A DNA stretch of 32,996 bases. Source: Octopus bimaculoides (lineage: Eukaryota). Location of the stretch: contig NC_068983.1 of the NCBI RefSeq assembly GCF_001194135.2, positions 32,772,788-32,805,783 on the forward strand. The letters run 5' to 3'. Positions 32,871 to 32,996 of the stretch are shown here, one piece after another. A program made the position numbers and the translations under genes. The notes under the pieces are model-generated. The model searched no databases. It was not told the DNA's origin and saw nothing but the letters and a program-made list of their open reading frames with translations. Position 1 is the first letter of the stretch. Every line of letters begins with the position of its first letter.

Positions 32871-32996
32871 GATCATTAATAATATATTTCTCTGTATGTT
32901 CTGTTAAGCATACCCAGTGATACACATTAACCAGTTATAGCCTTTTCCAGACTGGAGTACATGTTTTTGCGCATGGCTGAAGATAAAAATTACCGT

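Noticed and set aside
1364-32925. Numerous ORFs rich in YIYI, HTHT, CVCV or LSLS
   Set aside because: They are translations of (TA)n, (CA)n, (TG)n and (CT)n microsatellites, not genes.
1-32996. CRISPR arrays, operons, rRNA
   Set aside because: Eukaryotic repeat-rich DNA; no repeat-spacer arrays or rRNA signatures seen.

Overview
AT-rich, microsatellite-dense eukaryotic DNA with three assembly gaps. The SINE, RTE and Penelope repertoire points to an octopod cephalopod, probably Octopus (inference from recalled repeat families, not a database hit). There is no long intact gene; almost all listed ORFs are microsatellite or N-gap artefacts. The window is mostly decayed transposons: a Tx1/L1 LINE 3' end, two or three RTE LINE fragments, three Penelope-like element (PLE) fragments, a Tc1 deletion derivative with 120-bp TIRs, mariner remnants, a hAT MITE with a perfect 8-bp TSD, a near-complete non-autonomous Helitron, a foldback family, and three tRNA-SINE families. 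Three small in-phase exons (15668-15735, 16236-16317, 18943-18972) suggest an unrecognised + strand host gene. The best signal is a type I hammerhead ribozyme at 21139-21224 with an intact core, all three helices, a palindromic helix III and a branched helix II. That helix II carries an AATAAA 24 nt upstream of the predicted self-cleavage site. Two degenerate hammerhead-like motifs with similarly long helix II occur elsewhere in the window.
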